Source: an uncultured Actinomycetota bacterium (GTDB lineage Bacteria > Actinomycetota > Actinomycetes > JADGOV01). Taken from it: a stretch of DNA of 64,000 nt. The stretch covers positions 190,746-254,745 of the forward strand of contig CAWFCZ010000006.1 of the NCBI GenBank assembly GCA_963814355.1. Direction: 5' to 3'. The notes under the pieces are model-generated. The model was given only the letters and a program-made list of their open reading frames with translations, was not told where the DNA came from and ran no database searches. Made by a program: the position numbers and the translations under genes. Below, piece after piece: positions 28,985-38,748 of this stretch (within the stretch, counting starts at the first letter, position 1; each line of letters begins with the position of its first letter).

Positions 28985-31433
28985 GCGGTGGCCTCCGGAC
29001 AGGCGTCGGGCGCGGTCGCCCGGGTGCTGGGCATGCCGAGGAATGCGGCGCGGTGGCGGCGCATCACGGTGACTGCCTCGTCGATGACGGCGCGTTCGGT
29101 GTCACTGGCGTGGCCGAGATCTCCGTCGATGCGGCCGATGAGCCGCCGGATCCGGGTGATCTCCTGCTGGCTGGGGGTGGCGTCGGCGCGGGCCCACTCG
29201 TCGACGCCGTCGATGGCGGCGGCCAGACGTTCACGGGTTTGCAGCAGGTCGTCGAGGTAGAGGGTGAGGTCGGGCAGGTAGGACACGTCGGTGCGGAAGT
29301 GGTCGCAGCCGGCGCAGCGGAACCGGACCGGGCAGGCGCCGCCCCCGGCGGCGACGTTGGACGGCTCGGTGCAGCGTCCGTAGGGGACGGCGACTTCGCC
29401 GACGGCGTAGCGGGCGTGTTCGGAGTCCAACAGGGCGGCGGCCTCGCGCCAGACCCGGTTGCCGTGGCGGTCGAAACTCATCGCGGTCACCGTGTCCACG
29501 GCGGCGCGGCGCCGGTCTTCCCCGACCCGGTAGTACCCCCGGGTGACGTTCAAATTGCGATGATCGAGGAGTTCGGCGAGTACGTCGATCCCGACGCCGG
29601 CATCAGCGTGGCGCTGGGCGTAGCTATGCCGATAGGCGTACGGGACGATCTTGGACTTGTCGAACTCGGCGCCGTCACGGCTATGCAGCGGACCCAACGT
29701 GTCGACCCATCGCCGGTTCCCGTTCAGGGTTTCGCCGTGGCGAGGGCAGCAGTTTCAGCTCACCGGCCGGGGTGGCGGGGAAGCGTTGCTTCACACGCGA
29801 CTGCTGGGCGGTGATCACCGCGGCGGTCGCCTCGTTGATCGGCAGACGGCGCCCGAGCCGGTCGGCTTTGGCGTTGTCATAGACCAACACGGGCCCGCCG
29901 TCTTTGTCACGGTGGAGGCAGTCCAGCGGCAGGTTGAGGAGGTCTTCGGGGCGCCGGCCGGTGTCGATGCCGATCTGGATCGCGGCCTTGAGTTCGGCCG
30001 GCCGCAGGCCGTCCAGGTTCGCGCACAACACCGTCATGATCTCCGGCGGGAGGTCGCGGCCGGGTTCGCCGCGGTGCGCTTCGGCGGGGATGTCGTCACG
30101 CCCGATCGCGAAGTCGCCGGGCAGCCCGGCGGCGACCCGACCGGGCCGGGTCAGGCCCAGGGCGCGGATCCCGGACAGCGCGGCCCGAACGCCGCGGCAG
30201 ATGACGTTGCGGTGGTAGCGGCTGATCGTGCCCGTGGACTCCAGGTAGGCCAGCCGGTTGAGGAACGCCTCGATATCGGGGCCGGTCCAGCCGGTCGGGT
30301 GATAGTCCGTGGTCGTCGCGAACCCGCAGGCTTTCCGACAACCGGGCCACCGCATTGACCTTGATCCGCACGTTGCTGGCCCCGGCGCCGCGATGGCGTG
30401 GCAGTTGCTCACCCGCCCACGCTTTGGCGGCGTACGCCAGCCAGGGCTGGCTGATACCGGTGAACGACAGCCGCCCGCGGTGACCGAACAGAGCCAGATC
30501 CCAGCTGTCGCCGGCCCGCTCACGACCGGGATCGGCCAGCGCGCGGCGGACATCGCAGACGAACGCGGTCAGCAACTGCCGGGCCGGCTTGCCCGCTGTC
30601 ACGCGCTCGGCCGGGCACGCCGCGATCTGGGTCGCCTGCTCACGGCGCAGCATGTTGCAGACCGCCCGCAGCGGCACCTCAACGATCTGCGCGCCGCCGC
30701 GGACCCGCTGCTGAACGCCGAACAACACCTCGACCACCACCAACGGCGCCAATCCGCGCAGGCTCACTTCACCGCCCTGCGAGACCGCCGGCTGGGTCAG
30801 CTGCCAGTGCCGCTGGTCGGCAACGGGATCGGTGGTGACCGTGGTGCGCCACCGCACGTAATGGGTCGCGCAGTAGCCATGTTCGGATTCGGCGCGGCGG
30901 CTGCAAGCGGCGACCCGGCAGGGTCCCAGCGCGGGCAGCGGACGCAGCCGCGGGTCGGTAAGGAACTGCTCCAGCGAGACACCCGCTGTGCGACGCAGCC
31001 GGCGCTGATGCGGCACGCACAATGTCGAGCGCGGGATCGGTGACATGCGCTCACAACCGGGCACCGCACAGCCGGCCGGTCGACGCGTCGGCAACGATGG
31101 CAGCTCGGGTGACGCCGCGATCTGCTGCTCGCTCAGACCCTGCGCACCCAACCGGGTGAAGCAGTGCCAGCACAGCCCGCCGGTCCTGCCATGCATGGTC
31201 GTCGAACAGCCGCCCACCCGACACAGCGGCCGGCCCAGCAACGGATGCGCGGCCGGCAGCGACAGCACCCGCGTCACCGGGTCCCAGCCGGCCTCGATGA
31301 GAAACCCACACTCGAGCAGGCCAGCCAGGCGCGCGGCCGGACCGTCCAATCCCACCCCGGCCAGCACGTGGTCGAAGACAACCGCGGCCGCGGCCGCGGA
31401 TCGTGTCGTCGCGGCCGACGCGGCGCCGCTCAC
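28981..31433 (-). pseudogene. TnpB-like large tyrosine recombinase, two frameshifts (identical to the copy in X)
   Basis: Same three ORF pieces as 13763-16215. Confidence 0.75.
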
Positions 31434-32602
31434 CGGGGCACCCCGGCCTGCTCGCGCGGGCCGGGCACCAGGTCCACCGCGGCCCGCAGCCGCGCCGGGT
31501 CCGGATGCAGATACACCTGAGAGGAGGACACCGAGGCGTGACCGAGCAGGTCGGCGACCACGTCGAGACCGCAGCCGGCATCAGCGGCGTTGCTACCGAA
31601 GGCGTGCCGCAGTTGGTGCGGACGCAACGCCTGCGCCAGCCCGGCCCGTCGCGAGGCACCGGCGAGCAGCTCACCGATCGCGTCCGGGCGCATCGGCGCA
31701 CCGAGCGGAGCCCGGAACAGGTTCACCAGCACGAAATCACCGTCCGCAGCCTGCGGCACACTCATCCGCTCGAACACGTAGGTGTCGAATGCCTGCACGG
31801 TGAGGACGTCCAACGGCACGCTGCGCTGCCGGCGCGACTTCGCCCACGCCCCGTTCGGATTGCCCTCACGACGCAGCACATGCAGATGCGCCCGAGCGAC
31901 CCCGCAACCCAACGCTCCGGAGTCGGCGAGCAGGTGCACGTCGCTACGACGCAGCCCGCACACCTCGCCGCGGCGCAACCCGGCCCGGGCCATCAGCAAC
32001 ACGATCAGCCGGTCCCGCGCCGAACGGCAGGCGTGCAGCACGGCGACGATGTCAATGTCACTGGCCCGCTCGACCGGACGTTCCGGCTCATGCAGGCGGT
32101 GCCGGGCCCGCATCCGCCACGACATCCGCCCGTCGCCGTCGCGGGCAGCCTCGGGCAGGTCTCGGTCCCCGGCCACCTCATACAACAGCGCGAGCAGATG
32201 CCCGCCCGCCTGCCCGACGACGACCGCATGCACCACCATCTCGCGCACCGCGCTCAGCACGCCGTTGACCCGCCGGGCCCCGCGCACCGGGACGCTGCCC
32301 GGCCCGGCCAGCACCGCCGTGGCAGTCTCCCCGCCCGAGGCGGACAGCCCTGCATAGGTCAACCACGTCATGAACAGCGCCAGCTGTTCGGCCCCGGCCT
32401 GCCAGCTGCGCCCGGTCCGCGCGCACCAGCGCAGGAACAACGCGATCGAGTTCGCGTAACTCTTCGTCGTCGACTCCGCACCATCGCGGCCGAAACGCAC
32501 ATGCCGCAGGAAACCGTCAGCGACCGGCACGACAGCCAGGTCCTCGTCCAGCACAGTCCAGTACCTCGCGCCGGACGGCAACCTCACTGGGAACGCCCGC
32601 AT
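31430..32602 (-). CDS. TnpA-like tyrosine recombinase
   Basis: ATG 32602 follows GGGAGGATCGAAGG. MRAFPVRLPSGARYWTVLDEDL...ARAGLRRGEVCGL...HQLRHAFGS...LLGHASVSSSQVY. Confidence 0.8.
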   Translation of the reverse strand: MRAFPVRLPSGARYWTVLDEDLAVVPVADGFLRHVRFGRDGAESTTKSYANSIALFLRWCARTGRSWQAGAEQLALFMTWLTYAGLSASGGETATAVLAGPGSVPVRGARRVNGVLSAVREMVVHAVVVGQAGGHLLALLYEVAGDRDLPEAARDGDGRMSWRMRARHRLHEPERPVERASDIDIVAVLHACRSARDRLIVLLMARAGLRRGEVCGLRRSDVHLLADSGALGCGVARAHLHVLRREGNPNGAWAKSRRQRSVPLDVLTVQAFDTYVFERMSVPQAADGDFVLVNLFRAPLGAPMRPDAIGELLAGASRRAGLAQALRPHQLRHAFGSNAADAGCGLDVVADLLGHASVSSSQVYLHPDPARLRAAVDLVPGPREQAGVPR

Positions 32603-32741
32603 CCTTCGATCCTCCCGATCACATCGTGGGCCCGTGAACAACTACCAGCCACGAGCACCACACCCCGGGAGACCCGCCGTGAAACCCCAGCAACACGACG
32701 TTCAAGCAACGTCATGCAACACCCAGCTGACCCCTGGAGAA

Positions 32742-33074
32742 GGCATGCGGATCGGTGAGGCGCTCGGACTGCGCCACGAGGACTGGGCCGCAGCGGAGCG
32801 GCAGGTCGCGGTGGTGCCGCGGGTGAATGACAACAAGGCCCGGTCGAAGTCCGCCGAGCCGCGGGTTGTTCCGGTCAGCGCCGAGCTGATCCGCCTCTAC
32901 GCCGACTACCTGCACGGCGAGTACGGCGACTGCGATTCCGACTACGTGTTCGTCAATCTGTGGGGCTCGCCGCGCAATCATCCGCTGGGCTATCCGGCGG
33001 TCTACGACCTGGTCCGGCGGCTCCGTCGGCGCACCGGGCTGGATTTCGATCCGCACTGGTATCGGCATACCTAC
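32742..33074 (+). pseudogene. W recombinase, part 2 (Box I Arg to the HxxRH box)
   Basis: (GM)RIGEALGLRHEDW...YVFVNLWGSPRNHPLGYPAVYDLVRRLRRRTGLDFDPHWYRHTY, then the Z terminus. Confidence 0.7.
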
Positions 33075-33131
33075 GTTATCTCCCGTGCCCGTGTCGCCTG
33101 AGCGACGTGCGGCGATGCCGTCGGGAGAGGC

Positions 33132-34319
33132 GTGCCTGATGAGTATCCGGAACTTGTCGGTGCTGCCAGTTACGTTCGCCGGGTGGTGGAGCCAGTCGGT
33201 GTTTCCTTCCGTGCCGAGCGGGCCGTCTCACCGGTGGACGGCAGCGAGTGTTGGGTCGTGCTCGACGCTGATCTTCTTCCGCATCGGGAGGCGGGCGAGT
33301 TCCTGCGGTGTCTGAGTGGGGCGAGCCGCTCACCGCACACGATCCGCGCCTATGCCGGAAGGACGGCGTTCTTCTTGGGCTGGTGCGCCGCGCAGGGCGT
33401 GGATTGGCGGCGGGTCAGCCTGGCCGAGTTGGCCCGGTTCAAGCACTGGGCGGAGGTGAGCCCGACCCGGGCGGGCAGGGTCCGGTCGGGGGCGACGGTC
33501 AATGCGATCCTCACCGCGGTTTGCGAGTTCCTGCGTTTTTGCGGCCGGGCCGGGTTGATCGAGGCCGTGGTCGCCGACCGGTTGTCCGAGCCGCGCTGGC
33601 TGCGGTTCACTCCGCCGGGTTTCGACGCCGGCGAGTCCGGACAGTTCCGCGCGATACGCGCTCGAGTGTTGCAGGCACGCGCTGCGGTGCCGTTTCCCGA
33701 GGCGCTGACAGCCGAGCAGTTCCAGACGTTGCTTGGTCGCTGCCGGCGGCCCCGGGAGCGCTTCTTGGCGGTGTTGCTGCACGACACCGGCCTGCGCATT
33801 GGTGAGGGGTTGGGGTTGCGCCGGGCCGATATGCACCTGCTGCCGGACTCGCGCGGCTTGGGTTGTCCGATGGTGGGCGCGCACCTCCACGTGCGCCATC
33901 GGGTCAACCCGAACGGGGCGCTGGCCAAGTCCCGGTTTCCGCGCAGCGTGCCGGTCAGCGACGCGGTGCTTGTCTGCTACGCCGACTATCAGCACGAGCG
34001 GGCCGCGCTGACCGAGGAGGAGGGGTCGGACCTGGTGCTGGTCAACCTCTACCACGCGCCGCTGGGCGCGCCGATGTCCTACCGGGCGGCGAAGGGCTTC
34101 TTCGACCGGCTGGCGCGCGAGTGCGGCTTCCCGGTCCGGCCGCACATGTTCCGCCACACCGCGGCGACGAACTGGGTGCGGGCCGGGGTCGATCTTGATG
34201 TGGTGCAGGCGCTGCTCGGGCACGCCTCGCTGGCCTCGACGACCGTTTACCTGCACGCCCGGGACGAGGACAAACGCCGTGCCGTCGAGGTGGTGGCCTC
34301 GGGTGGTCGGTTCCGATGA
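33132..34319 (+). CDS. TnpA-like tyrosine recombinase
   Basis: 395 aa. HDTGLRIGEGLGL, HMFRHTAATNW, LLGHASLASTTVY. Confidence 0.85.
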   Translation: MPDEYPELVGAASYVRRVVEPVGVSFRAERAVSPVDGSECWVVLDADLLPHREAGEFLRCLSGASRSPHTIRAYAGRTAFFLGWCAAQGVDWRRVSLAELARFKHWAEVSPTRAGRVRSGATVNAILTAVCEFLRFCGRAGLIEAVVADRLSEPRWLRFTPPGFDAGESGQFRAIRARVLQARAAVPFPEALTAEQFQTLLGRCRRPRERFLAVLLHDTGLRIGEGLGLRRADMHLLPDSRGLGCPMVGAHLHVRHRVNPNGALAKSRFPRSVPVSDAVLVCYADYQHERAALTEEEGSDLVLVNLYHAPLGAPMSYRAAKGFFDRLARECGFPVRPHMFRHTAATNWVRAGVDLDVVQALLGHASLASTTVYLHARDEDKRRAVEVVASGGRFR

Positions 34320-36793
34320 GCGCACCCGCGCTGCGGGCCGTGCAGCCCGATGCCACGCCCGGCGGGGGGATCGAGTCGGGGTGGCGGCAGTGGCTGGCCT
34401 CGCGCCTGGACCCGAGCTGGCGGCCCGGCGAGTGGGACGAACGGCTCGCGTTGTTCACCGGCGACCTGAGCAGCGAGCGGACCGCGGCGTGGGCATGCCG
34501 CACGCCGGGGTGCCCGAGCGCGACCCGCTACCACCACCGGCGCTGCAACAACTGCCGGAGGTCGCGGGCGAGCCTGGGTGTCGGCTGGGACCAGTTCGAC
34601 GCCGACCCGCCCCGCCATCGCCTCCGGCCATCCGATCGCGGCGCCTGCCTGGTGCCCGGCTGTCAAGGCGAGCGGCACTGCGTTGGCCTGTGTTTTCGGC
34701 ACGAGCGGTCGTGGCGGAAGGACCCGGCCGAGCCGGTCGCCTCGTTCGCCGCCCGCGCCCGGCCGCTGGTCCGCGGCGGGGACTGCCGGGTCTCGGGCTG
34801 TGGCCGGGAGGCGATCGCGCCCCGGCGGGGGCTGTGCCGGTTCCACGACCAGCGGGTGCACCGCCGCCACGACCTTTCGCGGTTCAGCGCCGAGCAGCTG
34901 GCGTCCTGGATCGCCGCCGAGTCACCGCTGCTGGGAATCCACCAGTTCTCCTTGGCCGGGTTGGCGCCGACGGTTCGCCTCGAGCTGCGCTACGCACTGC
35001 AGTGCCGCGACGCATCCCCACCACCGCTTGACCCGAGCGCGATGCGGATCTTGACGCGGCGGCTGGCCGGGACCCAGTCGATGCGCGATGCCAACGCCGT
35101 GGCCATCTGCGCATCCGGCGGTCAGCAGTACGACGCGATGATCCGCGGACTGTTTCGCGACCTGCGCCGGCACCTGGACCAGGCGTGGGCCGCGTTCACC
35201 GGCGTCGACCCGTTCGGCGGCGACGTCTGGCAGGTGGCGCTGCTCGACCTGCAGACGAACGCCTCGCGGCGCTGGCCGGCCACCCGCGGCGTGGTCGACT
35301 TCCGTGCCGTCGAACTTCCCTGGCTGCGCGAGGTGGCCAAGGACTGGGCCCGCGCCACTCGGCCGCATCTGCAGCGGCTGCGGGAAACGCTGCGCGCCTG
35401 CCAGTCCGCCTCGGTGGTGCTGGTCGCCGCCGGCCGGACCGACCCGACCGAACTGGGCGCCGGAGACTTCACCCGCATCGTCGCCGCACTGCGCGAGCAG
35501 CACCGCGATGACGGCAGCTTGTACTCGGCGTCGCATCGCAACCTGCTGACCCACCAGTTCTGCGAGGTGATCGACCACGGCCGCGCCGCCGGTCTGCTGG
35601 CCGACGTGCCGGACACCTTCCGAGCCGTCCGCCGACGCTGGCACGTCGCCGAGCAGGCCAACGAAGACGAGCTCGGCAAGGCCCTGCCCGAGTCGGTGAT
35701 CCGCCAGCTCGATGCCCACCTGCACGTGCTCGGACCGGCCGGCCACGCCGGCTCCATCAGCGGTGAGCAGCTGCGGGCGATGCACCAGACGATCTACCGC
35801 ATCCTACGCGACACCGGTCGCCGGCCGGGTGAGGTCACCAGCCTGCGGATCGGCTGCATCGAGATGATCGAGGACCAGCACAACCTCGTCTATGACAACC
35901 ACAAGGCCGGCCGGATGCGCCGGCGGCTGCCGATCACCGAAGAAACCGCAGCGACCATTCTGGACTGGCAGCCTCAACGCGAGCGGTGGTCCACCCCGCC
36001 GGCGCAGCGGAACTGGCTGTTCCCCAGTCCACTGCTGCGCGCCCAACAGTCCCAGGGCCACCTCACCGCCTCGGCGGTCGCCGGGGCGTTCAAGGCCTGG
36101 GTGGCACGCATCGGCCGCATCGACAGCGAGCTGCTCGGTCCAGACGGCTCGCCCGTCCCCTACGACCCGTCGCTGATCGTGCCGTACGCGCTGCGCCACT
36201 CCTACGCCCAACGCCACGCCGACGCCGGCGTCCCCGTCGACGTGCTCAAAGAGCTCATGGACCACGTCTCGGTGACCACCACCATGGGCTACTACCGAAT
36301 CAGTCTCAAGCGCAAGCAACAGGCCATCCGCTCGGTCGGGGCGCTGGCCACCGACGCGTCGGGCAGGCCAGCGCCGTTCACCGAGCCGGCGGCCTACGAG
36401 CGGGCGTCGGTGTCGGTGCCGTTCGGCAACTGCACCGAACCCTCCAACGTCAAGGCCGGAGGCGGTGCCTGCCCAATCCGCTTCCAGTGCGCCGGCTGCG
36501 GCTTCTACCGACCCGACCCCTCCTACCTGCCGGCGCTCGAACAGCACATCGCCGAATTGCGCGCCGAACGGGAAACCGCGCGGGCGATGCAGGCCGCCGA
36601 CTACGTACTCGCCAACCTCACCGCCCAGATCGAGTCGTTCACCGGCGCCGCCGAAACAATGCGCCGCCGACTCGCCGAACTCGGCCCCGCCGAGCGCGCC
36701 GACGTCGAAGACGCCAGCCGGCTGCTGCGCCGCGCCAGGGCGGCCCGGCACCTCCCGCTGCTGCCCACCCCCTCGGCCGGGCACGCCGGATGA
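34316..36793 (+). CDS. TnpB-like large tyrosine recombinase (825 aa, intact) with N-terminal Cys modules
   Basis: 4-bp overlap with tnpA. RDTGRRPGEVTSL, YALRHSYAQRHADAG, MDHVSVTTTMGYY, CPIRFQCAGCGFY. Confidence 0.85.
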   Translation: MSAPALRAVQPDATPGGGIESGWRQWLASRLDPSWRPGEWDERLALFTGDLSSERTAAWACRTPGCPSATRYHHRRCNNCRRSRASLGVGWDQFDADPPRHRLRPSDRGACLVPGCQGERHCVGLCFRHERSWRKDPAEPVASFAARARPLVRGGDCRVSGCGREAIAPRRGLCRFHDQRVHRRHDLSRFSAEQLASWIAAESPLLGIHQFSLAGLAPTVRLELRYALQCRDASPPPLDPSAMRILTRRLAGTQSMRDANAVAICASGGQQYDAMIRGLFRDLRRHLDQAWAAFTGVDPFGGDVWQVALLDLQTNASRRWPATRGVVDFRAVELPWLREVAKDWARATRPHLQRLRETLRACQSASVVLVAAGRTDPTELGAGDFTRIVAALREQHRDDGSLYSASHRNLLTHQFCEVIDHGRAAGLLADVPDTFRAVRRRWHVAEQANEDELGKALPESVIRQLDAHLHVLGPAGHAGSISGEQLRAMHQTIYRILRDTGRRPGEVTSLRIGCIEMIEDQHNLVYDNHKAGRMRRRLPITEETAATILDWQPQRERWSTPPAQRNWLFPSPLLRAQQSQGHLTASAVAGAFKAWVARIGRIDSELLGPDGSPVPYDPSLIVPYALRHSYAQRHADAGVPVDVLKELMDHVSVTTTMGYYRISLKRKQQAIRSVGALATDASGRPAPFTEPAAYERASVSVPFGNCTEPSNVKAGGGACPIRFQCAGCGFYRPDPSYLPALEQHIAELRAERETARAMQAADYVLANLTAQIESFTGAAETMRRRLAELGPAERADVEDASRLLRRARAARHLPLLPTPSAGHAG

Positions 36794-37379
36794 GCACCGT
36801 CCGACCCGGACACAACCCCCGCGCCGACGCGCTCCGCGCGGCCCGGTCGCGAGCAGCCAGGACAAGCGTCGACGCGTCCTCGACGCCCTACAGGCGCTGG
36901 AGAACACCGGCACGCCGATCACCGCCGCCCGGCTCGCCGCGGCCGCAGGAGTATCCGCCTGGCTGGTCTACGCCGACGGCGTCCGCGGACACCTCGACGC
37001 CGCGCGGCGCCGCCAAGCCGAGCACGACAGCCCACCAACCCCGGCGGTCCCCACGACCGGACGCGAACCCGCCAGCATGGCCAGCCTGCGCACCGACCTC
37101 GCCGTCGCCCGCGCCGAAATCCGCCGACTGCGCGCCGAAGGCGACAAGCTCCGCAACCGACTACGCCTGCACCTGGGCGCCGAGATCGAGGGACCAGAAC
37201 GGGCCGAACTCATCGCCCGCGTCGCCGACCTCGAAACCAACGCCCGCCACCTGATCGTCGAACGCGACGCCCGCGCAGCAGAGGCCGACCAGGCCCGCCG
37301 CCAGGTCCGCGAACTCGAAGACGACCTCACCGCCGCACGAGAAAGCCTGCGCCGCATCATCCGAGAAACCAACACATGA
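36790..37379 (+). pseudogene. TnpC-like coiled-coil gene; the ATG frame and the conserved frame differ (probable early frameshift)
   Basis: ATG 36790 overlaps the tnpB stop, but the family-like sequence (KRRRVLDALQALENTGTPITAARLAAAAGVSAWLVY...coiled coil...RRIIRETNT) is in the frame of ORF 36465-37379. Confidence 0.55.
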
Positions 37380-37471
37380 CCACGCCGGCCTCGTGGCTGA
37401 CCTGCCTCACCTGCCTCAGACCACGAAACACCGCCCGACCAGGACACTTTCAAGATCGACTACAGATAAAC

Positions 37472-37983
37472 TGTGGCACCCGGCTGATCAACCAGGACGT
37501 GCCGCAGGAAGTCGTCCGCCGCATCCTCGACCACGACTCGGCGCAGATGACGGCCCACTACGCCCGCCTGCACGACACCACCGTCCGCCGGCACTGGGAA
37601 GCCGCCCGCAAGGTCGATAGCAGCGGGCGGCCGGTGGTCATCGACCCTGACGGCCCGCTCGCCGACGCCGCCTGGGCCAACCAGCGGCTCGGCCGGGCCA
37701 CCCAGGCACTGTCCAACGGCTACTGCGGCCTGCCGGTGCAGCGAAGCTGCCCGCACGCCAAGCCTGCCTGACCTGCCCGATGTTGCTGACCACGGCCGAG
37801 TTCCTGCCCCACCATCGCAGCCAGCGCCAGCAAACCGTGCAGATCATCAGCGGCGCCGAGGCCCGCGGACAGGTCCGGCTGGTCGAGATGAACAGGCAAG
37901 TGCTCGCGAACCTCGACCGGATCATCACCGCCCTCGACGACGAGCCCGGCCCGGCAAGTGAGGAGGCCGCCAATGCGAGCTGA
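37472..37983 (+). pseudogene. W recombinase, part 3 (C-terminal region, frameshift near 37765)
   Basis: CGTRLINQDVPQEVVRRILDHDSAQMTAHYARLHDTTVRRHWEAA...CGLPVQRSCPHA / CLTCPMLLTTAEFLPHHR... Confidence 0.65.
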
Positions 37984-38394
37984 CAACACCGGCCACCTCA
38001 CCGCCGCCGCCCGGCGACGCTCCCAGAACACCCGCCAACGCGCCGAAGCCGCCTGCGACGGCTCGATGCAGCCGGGAGACCGATCACCTTCGACGCACTC
38101 GCCCGCGAGGCGAACGTCTCCCGCTCCTGGCTCTACTCCCAGCCCGACCTGCGCTCGCAGATCCAGCGGCTACGCGACCAACAACCACCGCATCGCCACC
38201 GCATCCCCGACCGGCAGCGCGCCAGCGACGCGTCCCTGCAACGCCGCCTCGACATCGCCGTCGAACGCGTGCGCCAGGTCGAAGTCGACAATCAGCGGCT
38301 CCGGCAGGCCCTCGCCGAAGCCCTCGGCGACCGCCGCCGTGATCGCGACACGCCGATCCGACGACGAACTTCTACCGTGATTGGACCATGCTGA
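37973..38394 (+). pseudogene. TnpC-like gene of W (frameshift after ~27 codons)
   Basis: MRADNTGHLTAAARRRSQNTRQRAEAA, then in another frame ITFDALAREANVSRSWLYSQPDLRSQIQRL...VDNQRLRQALAEAL, with a stop at 38392. Confidence 0.55.
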
Positions 38395-38470
38395 ACAGCC
38401 GTGTCGTGGACACCGTCCACCGCGCAAACCCGCAGTTCAGCGCCACGATCGTCAGGAGACCTCAAGATAA

Positions 38471-38748
38471 GCATCGAGTCGTTGAACTTCCAACTCCGGA
38501 AGATCATCAAGAATCGGGGGCATTTCCCGAACGACGACGCGGTGATCAAGCTGTTGTGGCTGGCGATCCGCGATATCGAGGACAAATGCGCCCGCGCGCG
38601 GGCGGCCGAAGCAGAGAAGGGCGTCCCGAAGGGTCAGCGGGCCGCCCCCGGCCGGCTCGTCGAAGGCGCCGCCACCCAAGGGTGGAAGACCGCCCTCGGC
38701 GCGCTGTCCCTCGCCTACCCCGGACGGCTCCCCGAAGGCGCCCTGTGA
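38471..38748 (+). pseudogene. IS256-family transposase, C-terminal segment
   Basis: (I)[37 protein letters not shown]...[14 protein letters not shown], with a stop at 38746. Confidence 0.8.

Larger units (their letters stand above)
28296..32741 (-). mobile_element. Tn554-like transposon Y (tnpA, tnpB pseudogene, tnpC), complete ends
   Basis: 17-bp perfect terminal inverted repeats: TTCTCCAGGGGTCAGCT (28296-28312) and AGCTGACCCCTGGAGAA (32725-32741). The flanks are GGGATG and GGCATG. Confidence 0.8.
33075..37471 (+). mobile_element. Tn554-like transposon Z (tnpA, intact tnpB, tnpC)
   Basis: Termini GTTATCTCC... and ...CAGATAAAC. Removing it joins the W recombinase in frame (HWYRHTY|CGTRLIN) with no duplicated bases. 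Confidence 0.75.
27561..38470 (+). mobile_element. Tyrosine-recombinase transposon W (one long recombinase plus a tnpC-like gene; about 2.07 kb without the nested Y and Z)
   Basis: Termini GTTATCTTGAG ... CTCAAGATAA. A 5-bp direct repeat GCATC occurs at 27556-27560 and 38471-38475. Removing W restores AAC AGC ATC GAG TCG (NSIES) in the IS256 transposase, as seen intact in copy 2. Confidence 0.7.

Noticed and set aside
35986-37254. The 422-aa ORF overlapping the tnpB 3' end and tnpC of element Z, and the ATG-36790 frame as the true tnpC product.
   Set aside because: The sequence is Pro/Arg/Ala-rich and motif-free. The conserved TnpC-like sequence lies in the frame of ORF 36465-37379.
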